A DNA stretch of 64,000 nucleotides. Origin: Chitinophagaceae bacterium (lineage in GTDB: Bacteria; Bacteroidota; Bacteroidia; Chitinophagales; Chitinophagaceae). The notes below the pieces were generated by a model that was not told the DNA's origin, ran no database searches, and worked only from the letters and a program-made list of their open reading frames with translations. Location of the stretch: NCBI GenBank assembly GCA_014879565.1, contig JACSRW010000038.1, positions 1,759-65,758 of the forward strand, in the 5' to 3' direction. Numbering within the stretch: position 1 is the first letter of the stretch; each line of letters opens with the position of its first letter. Below are positions 1 to 10,088 of the stretch, one piece after another. The translations under genes and the position numbers were made by a program.

Positions 1-180
1 CTCAAACTGGTGGTGAATCCCATTATGTATGCCTACCTCAGCAAGGGCTGGCCCTGGAGCACCCGGATGGCAAAATGGAAACGCAAATTCGGCCAGAAAA
101 CAAGACTGGCAGAAGATACCAGCTACCATCTCACGGAATACAAATTCTTTGACCGGAATGACGAAGAGATCAAAATGTAA
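1..180 (+). CDS. 3' end of a probable Rne/Rng-family ribonuclease (partial)
   Basis: Frame 1 reads LKLVVNPIMYAYLSKGWPWSTRMAKWKRKF...YHLTEYKFFDRNDEEIKM*, resembling the C-terminus of Bacteroidota RNase E/G; only 59 aa are visible. Confidence 0.6.
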   Translation, partial: LKLVVNPIMYAYLSKGWPWSTRMAKWKRKFGQKTRLAEDTSYHLTEYKFFDRNDEEIKM

Positions 181-197
181 TAAGCTTGTGAATACAT

Positions 198-232
198 AAA
201 AAAATAACCCCGGAATCCGGGGTTATTTTTTT
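198..232. terminator. Bidirectional intrinsic terminator
   Basis: 16-bp inverted repeat AAAAAAATAACCCCGG-aat-CCGGGGTTATTTTTTT between convergent genes. Confidence 0.9.
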
Positions 233-254
233 ACAGTATCGCTTAAGAGAAATA

Positions 255-1616
255 TTAATAACCGGCGTTCTGAACGATCACACCACCGGAAGCATCCACA
301 TCCCGCTGGGGAATGGGGAATACCAGTTTATTGTCGTTATAGGCAAAACCATCGGAGCTTTGCTTCAGGCGTTTGATATCATGAATGGCATGACCTTCAT
401 GCGCCAGTTCCAGTTTGCGTTCTGCCAGTACCTGAGGCAGGTTTACCAGTCCCAGGGGACCGAGACCGGCGCGGGAACGGATCAGGTTCACATCACTCAG
501 GGGGCTGGCGCCGATGCTGGTGCCGGCTCTTACATTGCCTTCGGCCCGGGTCAGGTACATTTCTGCCAGGCGGATAACCGGCAGGATTTTATACTGCTGC
601 TGCCATTTGCCACTGCGGGTAATGCTGGAACCATCCACATAAAACAGGGCCAGGCGGTCATCACCGGCGCTGTACTGGTTCAGGTGGCTGTCTTCAATGG
701 AAACATCCCCGTCGCGGCCGCCGTATTCCGGAACGGACCAGAACAGGTGCATATTGTTGGCTCCGTCCTGGGCATTTACCTGGATCGCAAACAGGTACTC
801 GGAGGAATTGGAGCTATTATTAAAAGCCTGGGCATAACTGGTCGCGAGGCTTTTGCCGTTGGCGGTGGCCACGGTGATCGCGCGGTTAGCGGCATCCCTT
901 GCTTCCGGATATTTTTCCATCTGGAGATATACGCGGGAAAGCATAGCCGCTGCGGCGGGCTTGCTGGCGAATACACCATTGCTGTTCGGCAGCAGGGATT
1001 CGGCTTCATTCAGATCGGTGAGAATCTGGGCGTATACCTGCTCCACTGTATTACGCGCAACGAATGAGTTCGCGTCAATACCCCGGGTGGGGGTAAGGAT
1101 CAGGGGAACACCGGGATTGCTGGTAACGGAACCGGCGCTGTACGGTTTGGCATACAGTTTTACCAGTTCAAAATACATGGACGCGCGGATAAAGAGCGCC
1201 TCGCCTTTCACCCGGTTCTGATCAGCCGTATTGACCACGGAAGTGGCAGACAGGATATTATTGGCGATATTAATTGTATTATACGCCCCCAGCCAGGTAT
1301 CCCTTACATAGCTGTTGGTGGTCAGCATGGCCTTCATCCAGATTTCGCGGGGCTGATTGAAAGTACCTTCCCAGCGAAGTTCCCCGTTGGCACCCAGCAG
1401 TTCGGAGAAGAGGAAGATATTTCCTCCGTAAAGATCCCCGTCACTGAGCGCGTCATAAGCTCCGTTCAATACTTTTTTAACATTGGCGTCAGAGCTCAGC
1501 GCCACTTCCTCTGCCACACTTTGCTGCGGCAGCAGGTCCAGTTTTTTGTCGCAGGAAGAGAAAAGCACTCCCAGCGCGATACAAATCGGAATATATTTTT
1601 TCATACTTGATTTCAT
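255..1616 (-). CDS. SusD/RagB family nutrient-uptake outer-membrane lipoprotein
   Basis: Lipobox FSSC, GEALFIRA..YFELVKLY, RLAEMYLTRAE and ERKLELAHEG motifs; directly downstream of susC. Confidence 0.95.
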   Translation of the reverse strand: MKSSMKKYIPICIALGVLFSSCDKKLDLLPQQSVAEEVALSSDANVKKVLNGAYDALSDGDLYGGNIFLFSELLGANGELRWEGTFNQPREIWMKAMLTTNSYVRDTWLGAYNTINIANNILSATSVVNTADQNRVKGEALFIRASMYFELVKLYAKPYSAGSVTSNPGVPLILTPTRGIDANSFVARNTVEQVYAQILTDLNEAESLLPNSNGVFASKPAAAAMLSRVYLQMEKYPEARDAANRAITVATANGKSLATSYAQAFNNSSNSSEYLFAIQVNAQDGANNMHLFWSVPEYGGRDGDVSIEDSHLNQYSAGDDRLALFYVDGSSITRSGKWQQQYKILPVIRLAEMYLTRAEGNVRAGTSIGASPLSDVNLIRSRAGLGPLGLVNLPQVLAERKLELAHEGHAIHDIKRLKQSSDGFAYNDNKLVFPIPQRDVDASGGVIVQNAGY

Positions 1617-1624
1617 TTTGTTGA

Positions 1625-4600
1625 TTAGAAGCCGAGGTTAATACCAAATGTCAGGGACTTGATTTGCGGAGCCGCGTAGAAGTCAGAACCCTGGTTGCGG
1701 TTACCGGCACGGTAGTCGGTATTCACTTCCGGATCCCATCCTTTGTACTTGGTAAAGGTGGCCAGGTTCACCCCGGTCAGGTATACACGGGCAGAACGGA
1801 TCTTCAGTTTGCTCAGCAGTTTGCTGTCGAGGTTATAGGCCAGGGTCAGGTTCTTCAGCCTTACATAGGAACCATTCTCCACATAACGGCTGGAAGCGCC
1901 GATCCCATTGCCATACCCGAGACGGAGCTGGGGCACATTGGTGATATCGCCGGGATTTTGCCAGCGATCCAGCTGGTCTTTGGTCTGGTTATCGAACCAG
2001 TCAAAGCTGGCAGACATAAAGCCACCGGCCCCGTTCATGATCTGGTTACCAAACACACCCTGGAAGAGTACCGACAGTTCAATTCCTTTATAGTTAAAGG
2101 TATTGTTCAGTCCGCCGATCCAGTCGGGGTTGGGATCACCAACCACGAAGTTGGCTGCATCATTATAATCGTTGGTGGTTGTTTTTCCGTCGGCAAGGTA
2201 ATAGAGGGCGTCTCCGTTATCGGGATCCGCGCCGGCAAATTTGGGACCATAGAACACCCCGATGGCTTCGCCAACGATCAGGGAGTTCAGGTAACGGCCG
2301 TCATTACCCGGGATCAGGGTCTGATCACCGTCAAGTTTGGTTACCTTGTTTCTGTTCTTAGCAATGTTAAAGCTGGAATTCCATTTGAAATCACGGCTGT
2401 TCACGTTTACGGAGTTCAGGACAAATTCAAACCCTTTATTCTGCATGGAACCGATATTCACCGTTTGGGTGGTGAAACCGGATGTACCGGGAACGGGAAC
2501 ATTGTAAATCAGGTCGCGGGTATTGCGTACGTAGTAGTCAATTTCACCCGTCAGGCGGTTGCTGAAGAAGCCGAAGTCAATACCGATATCGGTTTGTTCG
2601 GATTTCTCCCATTTCAGCGCGGGGTTAGCCAGCTGTGTCGGGATCAGACCGGAGGCGTTATTGTATTTGGAGGCACCCCAGAGACCCAGCTGAGCGAAGT
2701 CGCCAAAGCCGGCATCATTTCCGGTAAGACCAAAGCTTCCGCGCAGTTTCAGGAAACTGAGCCAGTTTACATTGCTGAGGAAGTTTTCTTCCGTGAGAAT
2801 CCATCCTGCAGAAGCAGCCGGGAAGAACCCGTATTTATTGTCTTTACCAAAGCGGGAAGAACCATCCATACGGCCGCTGAGCGAGAACAGGTATTTGTTC
2901 ATCAGCTTGTAGTTGGCCCGGGCAAAATAAGAAAGGATAGCCGATTCAGATGTGGAGGTAGAACCACCGGTGATACGGCCGGCGCTGGCCAGTTTCTTCA
3001 GGGCGTTCACGGGGAAATCTTCACCGGACACAAAAGAAAGGTCAGTCTGGAAACTCTGGAAAGACATACCGGCTGTCGCGTCAATATCATGATTGCCGAA
3101 TGCTTTTGTGAAGTTCAGGTAGTTGTTGGTATTGTAGTTAAAGCGGCGGAACCAGGTGGCTTCCCCATAACCATTGGTAGACTGACCAATGATGGTGCGG
3201 TTACCATAGAAGCGGTCGTCGCTCTGGCTTTGAATATCCACCCCGAATTCAGATTTGAATACCAGGTTGCGGTTGAATTTATAATTGAAGTAGAGGCCGC
3301 CGATATTACGGAATACGGTGGACTGGTAACGGGAATCCTCTGTTTCAATCAGGGGGTTGTAATAGGTGGTAGTGGGACGGTCATACAGGTTGCCGTTCTG
3401 ATCCCGTACAGGTGTGATGGGCGCCAGGGCTACAATCTGCATGGGGGTATAAAACTCATTGTCATCCGCTACACGATTGGCCAGGGTGCGGGCCACGCTG
3501 ATATTAAAGCCGAGTTTCACCCGGTTGCTGGCTTCATGATCCAGGTTGAATCGGCTGGAAAGACGCTGGAAATTGTTCAGGAAGAGAATACCCTCCTGGT
3601 CATTGAAACCCCCGCTGATAAAGAACCGGGTTTTGTCGGTACCACCGGAAGCGCTTACATCCACCAGTTTGGTTGTGGCATCCTGGTTAAAGGCGAGTTT
3701 TTCCCAGTTGGTATTGGTTTCAAGGTTACGCCAGTTGGAATAACCGGAATAACGGGTCAGCCTGTTTTCAGCAAACTGCAGCCAGGAACCGGCATACTGG
3801 GCCGGATCCAGCGGATCAATCCCTTCAATATTATCACTGTTAATAGCCGCTTCACGCAAAAGGTCAACATATTCTTTGGCATCCAGGAAACCGCGGTAAC
3901 CTGTGGGTTTGTTGGTACCATACTGGAAGTTTACATTCAGCTGGGTTTTACCGGCCCGGCCTTTTTTGGTGGTGATCAGCACCACCCCGTTGGCAGCACG
4001 GGAACCATAGATGGCCGCAGCGGAAGCATCTTTAAGGATATCGAAGGTTTCAATATCATTGAAGTTGATATCAGCCAGGGAGTTACCGGAGTTGGGGTCG
4101 CCATTGATCGGCACGCCGTCAACCACATACAAGGGCGCATTGGAAGCACTCAGTGAACCGGCTCCACGGATACGCACTTTAATCCCTTCTCCCACTTTAC
4201 CGTTCTGGGATTCCACAAATACCCCTGCGGCACGGCCCTGAAGGGCCTGGTTAAAGTTGGCAACGGGTGTATTGGCCACTTCAGAACCTTTAACACGGGC
4301 AATATTACCGGTCAGATCCTTTTTAATCTTGGTACCATAACCCACTACGATCACTTCATCCATACTCTGGGAATCGCCGGCTTTCAGGGAAACGGCAATG
4401 GGGCCTCCGGTGATGGTCATTTCCACGGATTCAAAACCGATGGCCGAAAACACCAGGACTTTAACGCTTTCATTTACGGTGAGGGTGAAAGTACCATCTG
4501 CCGCTGTGGCGGTACCGGTACGGGAGTTCTTTGCAGTGACAGACACGTTTGACAGCGGAGCGCCGCTGGCATCAGTAACCCTTCCGGTCACCTGTTTGGT

Positions 4601-4666
4601 CTGCGCAATAACATGCTGGGCTAAAAAAAGAAAAAATCCCAGCACGAGCAGTCTAAATTTACTCAT
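1625..4666 (-). CDS. SusC/RagA family TonB-dependent transporter
   Basis: 1013 aa; N-terminal CarboxypepD_reg-like domain, plug motif LKDASAAAIYGSRAANGVVLITTKKG, C-terminal Phe. Confidence 0.97.
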   Translation of the reverse strand: MSKFRLLVLGFFLFLAQHVIAQTKQVTGRVTDASGAPLSNVSVTAKNSRTGTATAADGTFTLTVNESVKVLVFSAIGFESVEMTITGGPIAVSLKAGDSQSMDEVIVVGYGTKIKKDLTGNIARVKGSEVANTPVANFNQALQGRAAGVFVESQNGKVGEGIKVRIRGAGSLSASNAPLYVVDGVPINGDPNSGNSLADINFNDIETFDILKDASAAAIYGSRAANGVVLITTKKGRAGKTQLNVNFQYGTNKPTGYRGFLDAKEYVDLLREAAINSDNIEGIDPLDPAQYAGSWLQFAENRLTRYSGYSNWRNLETNTNWEKLAFNQDATTKLVDVSASGGTDKTRFFISGGFNDQEGILFLNNFQRLSSRFNLDHEASNRVKLGFNISVARTLANRVADDNEFYTPMQIVALAPITPVRDQNGNLYDRPTTTYYNPLIETEDSRYQSTVFRNIGGLYFNYKFNRNLVFKSEFGVDIQSQSDDRFYGNRTIIGQSTNGYGEATWFRRFNYNTNNYLNFTKAFGNHDIDATAGMSFQSFQTDLSFVSGEDFPVNALKKLASAGRITGGSTSTSESAILSYFARANYKLMNKYLFSLSGRMDGSSRFGKDNKYGFFPAASAGWILTEENFLSNVNWLSFLKLRGSFGLTGNDAGFGDFAQLGLWGASKYNNASGLIPTQLANPALKWEKSEQTDIGIDFGFFSNRLTGEIDYYVRNTRDLIYNVPVPGTSGFTTQTVNIGSMQNKGFEFVLNSVNVNSRDFKWNSSFNIAKNRNKVTKLDGDQTLIPGNDGRYLNSLIVGEAIGVFYGPKFAGADPDNGDALYYLADGKTTTNDYNDAANFVVGDPNPDWIGGLNNTFNYKGIELSVLFQGVFGNQIMNGAGGFMSASFDWFDNQTKDQLDRWQNPGDITNVPQLRLGYGNGIGASSRYVENGSYVRLKNLTLAYNLDSKLLSKLKIRSARVYLTGVNLATFTKYKGWDPEVNTDYRAGNRNQGSDFYAAPQIKSLTFGINLGF

Positions 4667-4730
4667 GTGTGTTGGTTTTTAAAAAATTAGAAGGGATAAA
4701 TATATGTTAACCTTGCCTTAACAAAACAAG

Positions 4731-4758
4731 AAAACCATGCATTTGGCTGCATGGTTTT
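4731..4758 (-). terminator. Intrinsic terminator of the zinc metallopeptidase gene
   Basis: 11-bp inverted repeat AAAACCATGCA/TGCATGGTTTT followed by a T-rich run on the minus strand. Confidence 0.8.
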
Positions 4759-4786
4759 TCAAAATTGAGCGAAATCAATTTTTCAC

Positions 4787-5482
4787 TTAGCTTCTATCCC
4801 TGCTATTCATAAAAATCATAATGTATTGAATCAGCTGGACAACAGCGGCCAGTGCGGCAACGACATAAGTGGTTGCAGCCCATTTCAGGGCGTCTTTGGC
4901 TTTGGGAAATTCGGTGCTGTTGGTAATATTGGTTCTCTCCAGCCAGGCCAGGGCTCTTTTGCTGGCATCAAATTCTACGGGCAGGGTGATCAGGGTAAAC
5001 AGTACGGTAACCCCCATAATAATGATACCAATAAGTAATACCGTCGGGTTACGGGTACTGGCCAGCACTATCATACCCGCCAGGAGGATCCAGTTGACCA
5101 GCATCGAACTCAGTTGTACGGCCGGCACCATTTTACTACGGAACATCAGCGGTCCGTATTGGGTGGCATGCTGTACCGCGTGCCCGCATTCATGGGCCGC
5201 TACCGCAGCAGCCGATACGCTGGTACCATTATACACATCCGGACTGAGGTTCACCGTACGGTTTACCGGGTTGTAGTGGTCGGAAAGAAACCCTTCAACA
5301 GATATGACTTTTACATCATATATTCCATTTTCCCGGAGCATTTTCTCCGCAATTTCGCGACCGGTCAGCCCGCTGGAAAGCCCCGTTTTGCTGTATTTCG
5401 TGAACTTGCTTTTCAGGATCGCTGAGACCAGGAAACTGATGCCCAGGAAAAGGAGGGAAACAAAAAAAATCTCGTTTGTCAT
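4787..5482 (-). CDS. Membrane zinc metallopeptidase (YugP/Zn_peptidase_2 family)
   Basis: LSDHYNP, AAHECGHAVQH (HExxH), TLPVEFDAS and AATTYV motifs. Confidence 0.92.
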   Translation of the reverse strand: MTNEIFFVSLLFLGISFLVSAILKSKFTKYSKTGLSSGLTGREIAEKMLRENGIYDVKVISVEGFLSDHYNPVNRTVNLSPDVYNGTSVSAAAVAAHECGHAVQHATQYGPLMFRSKMVPAVQLSSMLVNWILLAGMIVLASTRNPTVLLIGIIIMGVTVLFTLITLPVEFDASKRALAWLERTNITNSTEFPKAKDALKWAATTYVVAALAAVVQLIQYIMIFMNSRDRS

Positions 5483-5740
5483 GTCTCTTCAGGTATTTAA
5501 TTTACTGAACAATACAACAAATTTATGGCCATTTGGATCAGCAGCAACCAAATCCGTCTTTTTGTCATTCCACCGCTACTTTGTTTACAGTTTTTTAACA
5601 GATAAAGAAAATTAAGGCATTCCGATTGAAATTTTAAGTATTTGATTATCAAATATTTGCAAACAAAGAAAGATTGATTTTCAACGGTTTTATACAACCC
5701 AAAACCGGGCTGTTTTTTATACACAAGCCGAAAAATTTAT

Positions 5741-5770
5741 TTTGAAATGTGGGGCATAATTGTAATTTAG
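5741..5770 (+). promoter_or_regulatory. Bacteroidota housekeeping-sigma promoter (candidate sRNA A)
   Basis: TTTG (5741-5744), 18-nt spacer, TAATTTAG (5763-5770, one mismatch to TAnnTTTG). Confidence 0.6.
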
Positions 5771-5772
5771 CA

Positions 5773-5827
5773 ACAGAATTTAATGGGTTAGTAAGTAAGA
5801 GGGCTGGTCGAAAGACCGGCCCTTTTT
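5773..5827 (+). ncRNA. Candidate small RNA A (about 55 nt)
   Basis: Promoter, about 27-nt unstructured segment, then GGGCTGGTC-GAAA-GACCGGCCC hairpin plus TTTTT; the 5' end is inferred. Confidence 0.5.
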
Positions 5828-5960
5828 ACTTTTCATGATCCGTCCGTTTCCGGCACTCCATTTTCTTTTCTTTTACTGCTTTCTATCCCACTTTACTTGT
5901 TTTACTTCTTCTTCTTTTTATTAAAAAGGGCTGCTTTGGCAAAACGATTAATTTTATCGC

Positions 5961-7334
5961 ATGAGCAAAGCAAAAACAAGTTTTTTCTGTCAGCATTGCG
6001 GACATGAAAGTGTGAAATGGGCGGGCCAGTGTCCTTCCTGCGGACAGTGGAACAGTTTTGTGGAAGAGATTATTCACAAGGATACCGGCAAACAGGATAA
6101 CAGCTGGAAGGAATATCACCCGGAAAAACGAAATACAAAAAGTATTGCCCTGCATGCAATCAAAACTCAGGAAGAAAAAAGAGTCAGCACACCCGATGCG
6201 GAACTAAACCGTGTACTGGGTGGCGGCATTGTTCCGGGAAGTCTTGTACTGGTTGCCGGTGAACCCGGTATTGGTAAGTCCACCTTATTTCTGCAGAATG
6301 CGCTATGGCTTAAAGGCGTGAAAACACTTTATATCAGCGGGGAGGAAAGTGAACAGCAGCTGAAAATGCGGGCCGACCGGCTGGGATTGCAGAATGAGGA
6401 TTTTTATCTCTTAACCGAAACCTCAACACAAACCATTTTCCAGGAGATAAAAAAACTGCGGCCGCAACTGGTCATTGTGGATTCGGTACAAACGCTGCAA
6501 ACGGCGCATATTGAATCTTCCCCGGGCAGTGTATCACAGATACGGGAATGTACGGCCGAATTCCAGCGATTTGCCAAGGAAACCAATACCCCGGTATTTC
6601 TGATCGGGCATATCACCAAGGACGGGAGTATTGCCGGACCAAAAATTCTGGAACACATGGTGGACACCGTTCTTCAGTTTGAAGGTGACCGGCATTATGC
6701 CTACCGGATTTTGCGCACCTTGAAAAACCGTTTTGGCAGCACTTCAGAACTGGGCATTTATGAAATGACCGACAGCGGTATGCGGGGCGTGATGAATCCC
6801 AGTGAAATTCTCATCACCCAGAAAGAAGAAAATCTCAGTGGTATAGCTATTGCCGCCACCATTGAAGGCATGCGGCCCCTGCTGATTGAAGTGCAGGCGC
6901 TCGTTACCCAGTCTGTTTACGGTACACCGCAACGTACGGTAAGCGGGTTTGATCTCCGTCGCCTGCAGCTGCTGCTGGCCGTGCTGGAAAAAAGAGGCGG
7001 CTTTCATTTTGGCATGAAAGATGTATTTCTCAATATCGCCGGGGGCTTCAAAGCCGAAGATCCATCCATTGATCTGGCGGTGATTTGTGCCCTGCTCTCC
7101 TCGTATGAAGACTCACCGCTTCCGCAGCGCATTTGTTTTGCCGGAGAAGTCGGACTCAGTGGTGAGATCAGGGCCGTAAACCGGATTGAACAGCGGATCG
7201 CGGAAGCAGAAAAAATGGGATTTGAAAAAATCATTGTGTCCCGTTACAGCCAGAAGAGCCTGAACCGGCCTGCTGCAGGTATTGAAGTGGTGAGTATGGC
7301 CCGTGTGGAAGAGCTGTACCGTTATTTATTCTGA
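5961..7334 (+). CDS. radA: DNA repair protein RadA/Sms
   Basis: CQHC..CPSC zinc finger, GEPGIGKST Walker A, KNRFG motif, Lon-like C-terminus. Confidence 0.98.
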   Translation: MSKAKTSFFCQHCGHESVKWAGQCPSCGQWNSFVEEIIHKDTGKQDNSWKEYHPEKRNTKSIALHAIKTQEEKRVSTPDAELNRVLGGGIVPGSLVLVAGEPGIGKSTLFLQNALWLKGVKTLYISGEESEQQLKMRADRLGLQNEDFYLLTETSTQTIFQEIKKLRPQLVIVDSVQTLQTAHIESSPGSVSQIRECTAEFQRFAKETNTPVFLIGHITKDGSIAGPKILEHMVDTVLQFEGDRHYAYRILRTLKNRFGSTSELGIYEMTDSGMRGVMNPSEILITQKEENLSGIAIAATIEGMRPLLIEVQALVTQSVYGTPQRTVSGFDLRRLQLLLAVLEKRGGFHFGMKDVFLNIAGGFKAEDPSIDLAVICALLSSYEDSPLPQRICFAGEVGLSGEIRAVNRIEQRIAEAEKMGFEKIIVSRYSQKSLNRPAAGIEVVSMARVEELYRYLF

Positions 7335-7371
7335 TACTTCCCTTAGTTTTATAGCCGCAAACCTTATCACT

Positions 7372-8070
7372 ATGTCATTCTTCCACGAGCTGAAGGAGGC
7401 CTTCCTTCACCTGCTCTATCCGCATACCTGTGCCGGTTGCGGAGAGGAGCTTTCTTCCCCGGAAACCGCTTTATGCCTTCGTTGTCTGCATGAATTACCG
7501 GAAACCGGTTTTGCCCCGCTGGCTGATAATCCCGCGGAAAAATTATTCAGGGGACGGCTTCCGTTGTACAGTGCGAGCGCCCAGTATTATTTTACCCGCG
7601 AATCCTTAATTCAAAAACTGATGCACCGGTTTAAATACCAGGGACGGCGCGACCTGGGTTACCAGCTGGGCCGGATCATGGGTAAACAACTGCAGGCATC
7701 GGGCCGCTTCCCAGTTGACGGTCTTATTCCCCTGCCGCTCTTTCCGCAGAAAGAAAAAATGAGGGGATATAACCAGGCCCTCGTATTATGTGAAGGAATG
7801 GCCGTTGCTATGCAGGTACCTGTGTTAGGCGATGCCGTTATCCGCCCGGAGCATACCGAAACACAAACCAGGAAAGGAAGGGTGGAACGCTGGATCAATA
7901 TGGAAGGAAAATTCCTGCTGCAGCAGGTGTCCTCCCTGGAGAACAAACATGTGCTGCTGGTGGATGATGTGGTCACTACCGGGGCTACCCTGGAATCCTG
8001 CGGTAATGAACTCCTGAAAATTCCCGGTCTGCAGCTGAGTCTCGCCACCCTGTGTATTGCCACCCGGTAA
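7372..8070 (+). CDS. comF: ComF family protein (zinc ribbon plus phosphoribosyltransferase)
   Basis: CAGC..CLRC, RGYNQ and LLVDDVVTTGATL motifs; start set at MSFF. Confidence 0.9.
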   Translation: MSFFHELKEAFLHLLYPHTCAGCGEELSSPETALCLRCLHELPETGFAPLADNPAEKLFRGRLPLYSASAQYYFTRESLIQKLMHRFKYQGRRDLGYQLGRIMGKQLQASGRFPVDGLIPLPLFPQKEKMRGYNQALVLCEGMAVAMQVPVLGDAVIRPEHTETQTRKGRVERWINMEGKFLLQQVSSLENKHVLLVDDVVTTGATLESCGNELLKIPGLQLSLATLCIATR

Positions 8071-8101
8071 TTTTCAGCTTTAACCTTTATTTTTGGTTCA
8101 C

Positions 8102-9484
8102 ATGAAATGGTCCGGTTTCTTTATTCCCTTCCTGTTCCTGCTGTTATCCTGCGGAAAGGAACCTTTTATCCGATCCGCGGATGCGCGGCTATCGGTCAGC
8201 GCCGATACCTTAAAGTATGATACAGTATTTGTCAGCGCCGGTTCTGTTTACCAGCGGCTGGTTATAAAGAATGAAAACGACCGGCAATTACGGATCAGTT
8301 CAATTGATCTTTCGGGCGGTACCGGTTCCGTTTTTAAAATGAATGTGGACGGCGTGGCCGGATCCGGCTTCTCAGATATTGTTATCCGGGCCAATGACAG
8401 CCTGTATGTATTTGTTCAGGTAAATGTGGACCCCTCCGCATCAGGCCTGCCCTTTGTGCTGCGCGACAGTATAAGTATCCGTTATAATGGCAATGAGAAA
8501 AAAGTGCAGCTGGAAGCCTGGGGACAAAACGCCCGGTTTTTACGCAATCATATACTGAGCACCGATGAAACCTGGAATAATGACCTGCCTTATGTGATTC
8601 TCGGATCGCTGCAGGTACCGGCCGGCAAAACCCTGACTATTAACAAGGGCAGCCGGATATATATGCATGCCGATGCTCCCCTGGTGATCAATGGCCGCTT
8701 ACGGGTATTGGGGGAAAAGGATACGGCAGACCGGGTGTATTTCCAGGGAGACCGGCTGGATGAGCCTTATAAAAATTATCCTGCATCCTGGCCGGGGATT
8801 TATTTTCTGGATGAGGCAACAGATAATCTCCTGCAATATGCCGTTATCCGCAATGCCTACCAGGCCATCGGTTTGCAGGGACCTTCCGGAAACAGTCAGC
8901 CCAAGCTGCTATTATATGAATCTGTAATTGACAATGCCTGGGATGCGGGTATCATTGCGCTGAACAGCAGCATCACTGCACGAAACTGCCTGATCAGTAA
9001 CTGCGGAAAAAATATTCTCCTGGCTGAAGGGGGACAGTACCAGTTCACCCACTGCACTGTGGTGAGTTATGCCAACCGCTTTGTGGAGCATAAAGAACCC
9101 GTACTCTCCCTTTCCAATGCAGCCGGCAGCGGCAGTGCAGCCCTTGATGCAGTATTCCGGAACTGTATTTTCTGGGGGGATAACGGCCTTGTGAATGATG
9201 AAGTGCAGGTAGAACGGAGCGGCAGTGCGCCGTTTAATGTATTGTTTGATTACAGTCTCTGGAAAGTACAGAACAATCCGACCGGGGTGACCATCAACCA
9301 GGTCATTAATAACCAGCCCCCGCTTTTTGACAGTGTCAATACCATTCAGTCCGTTTACAATTTCCGGCTCAAAGAGGGGTCTCCGGCACTGAACAAGGGC
9401 ACCGTTACCTCCGTAAGCACCGACCTGGACGGAAGGCCCCGCCCGGCAGGTTTGCCCGATTTGGGCTGTTTTGAAAAACAATAG
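8102..9484 (+). CDS. Lipoprotein with right-handed beta-helix and choice-of-anchor-Q-like C-terminus
   Basis: Lipobox LLSC, beta-helix-like repeats, FRLKEGSPA..DLDG..R..PDLGCFE tail. Confidence 0.7.
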   Translation: MKWSGFFIPFLFLLLSCGKEPFIRSADARLSVSADTLKYDTVFVSAGSVYQRLVIKNENDRQLRISSIDLSGGTGSVFKMNVDGVAGSGFSDIVIRANDSLYVFVQVNVDPSASGLPFVLRDSISIRYNGNEKKVQLEAWGQNARFLRNHILSTDETWNNDLPYVILGSLQVPAGKTLTINKGSRIYMHADAPLVINGRLRVLGEKDTADRVYFQGDRLDEPYKNYPASWPGIYFLDEATDNLLQYAVIRNAYQAIGLQGPSGNSQPKLLLYESVIDNAWDAGIIALNSSITARNCLISNCGKNILLAEGGQYQFTHCTVVSYANRFVEHKEPVLSLSNAAGSGSAALDAVFRNCIFWGDNGLVNDEVQVERSGSAPFNVLFDYSLWKVQNNPTGVTINQVINNQPPLFDSVNTIQSVYNFRLKEGSPALNKGTVTSVSTDLDGRPRPAGLPDLGCFEKQ

Positions 9485-9552
9485 GCCTGAATTTTGCCGG
9501 GAAACAAACCGCTACCCGTTAATTTTGCTATCAGGCTATAAACATACTGACC

Positions 9553-10071
9553 ATGAAAACATTATTGCTCAGCTTTCTGCTATCAACCCTGCTTACTACC
9601 GGTTCTGTGTACGATTTTACCGTACCCGGTCTGGAAGGAAAAGATATCCGGTTTGCCGATTTTAAAGGCAAAAAGATCCTGGTGGTAAACACCGCCTCCA
9701 AATGCGGACTTACCCCGCAATATGAAGGGCTGGAAAAACTCTACCAGCAATACAAAGGCAAACTGGTCATCATTGGTTTTCCTGCCAATAATTTTGCCGG
9801 TCAGGAACCCGGCAGCAATGAAGAGATCGGCGAGTTTTGTAAAAAGAACTACGGGGTCAGTTTTCCGATGGCGGAAAAAATATCTGTAAAAGGAGAGGAC
9901 ACCCATGCGCTTTACAAATACCTGAAAGCGCAGGCCGCTGCCAAAGGGATGGCCGATCCGGTAACCTGGAACTTCGGCAAATTCCTGATCAATGAAAAAG
10001 GAGAACTGATAGCCACCTTCTCCCCCCGTACCGCGCCGATGAGCGAGGAAATCCTGAAATACCTCAACTAA
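9553..10071 (+). CDS. Glutathione peroxidase (Cys type, exported)
   Basis: VNTASKCGLTPQY, FPANNF and WNFGKFL motifs; signal peptide. Confidence 0.95.
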   Translation: MKTLLLSFLLSTLLTTGSVYDFTVPGLEGKDIRFADFKGKKILVVNTASKCGLTPQYEGLEKLYQQYKGKLVIIGFPANNFAGQEPGSNEEIGEFCKKNYGVSFPMAEKISVKGEDTHALYKYLKAQAAAKGMADPVTWNFGKFLINEKGELIATFSPRTAPMSEEILKYLN

Positions 10072-10088
10072 AAATTTTTTATCCCGGA

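Noticed and set aside
1664-4156. 830-aa plus-strand ORF
   Set aside because: Antisense shadow of susC, explained by codon bias; no recognisable motif. The same applies to most long antisense ORFs in the track.
4690-4706. Similarity of the susC upstream region (CATATATTTATCCCTTC, minus strand) to sRNA B (CATATATTATCCCTTC)
   Set aside because: In susC this is most simply the -7 promoter element, and in B it runs into the terminator stem; likely coincidental, though cheap to recheck.
9553-10071. Selenocysteine glutathione peroxidase (also 38866-39495)
   Set aside because: Both active sites are Cys codons in uninterrupted ORFs.
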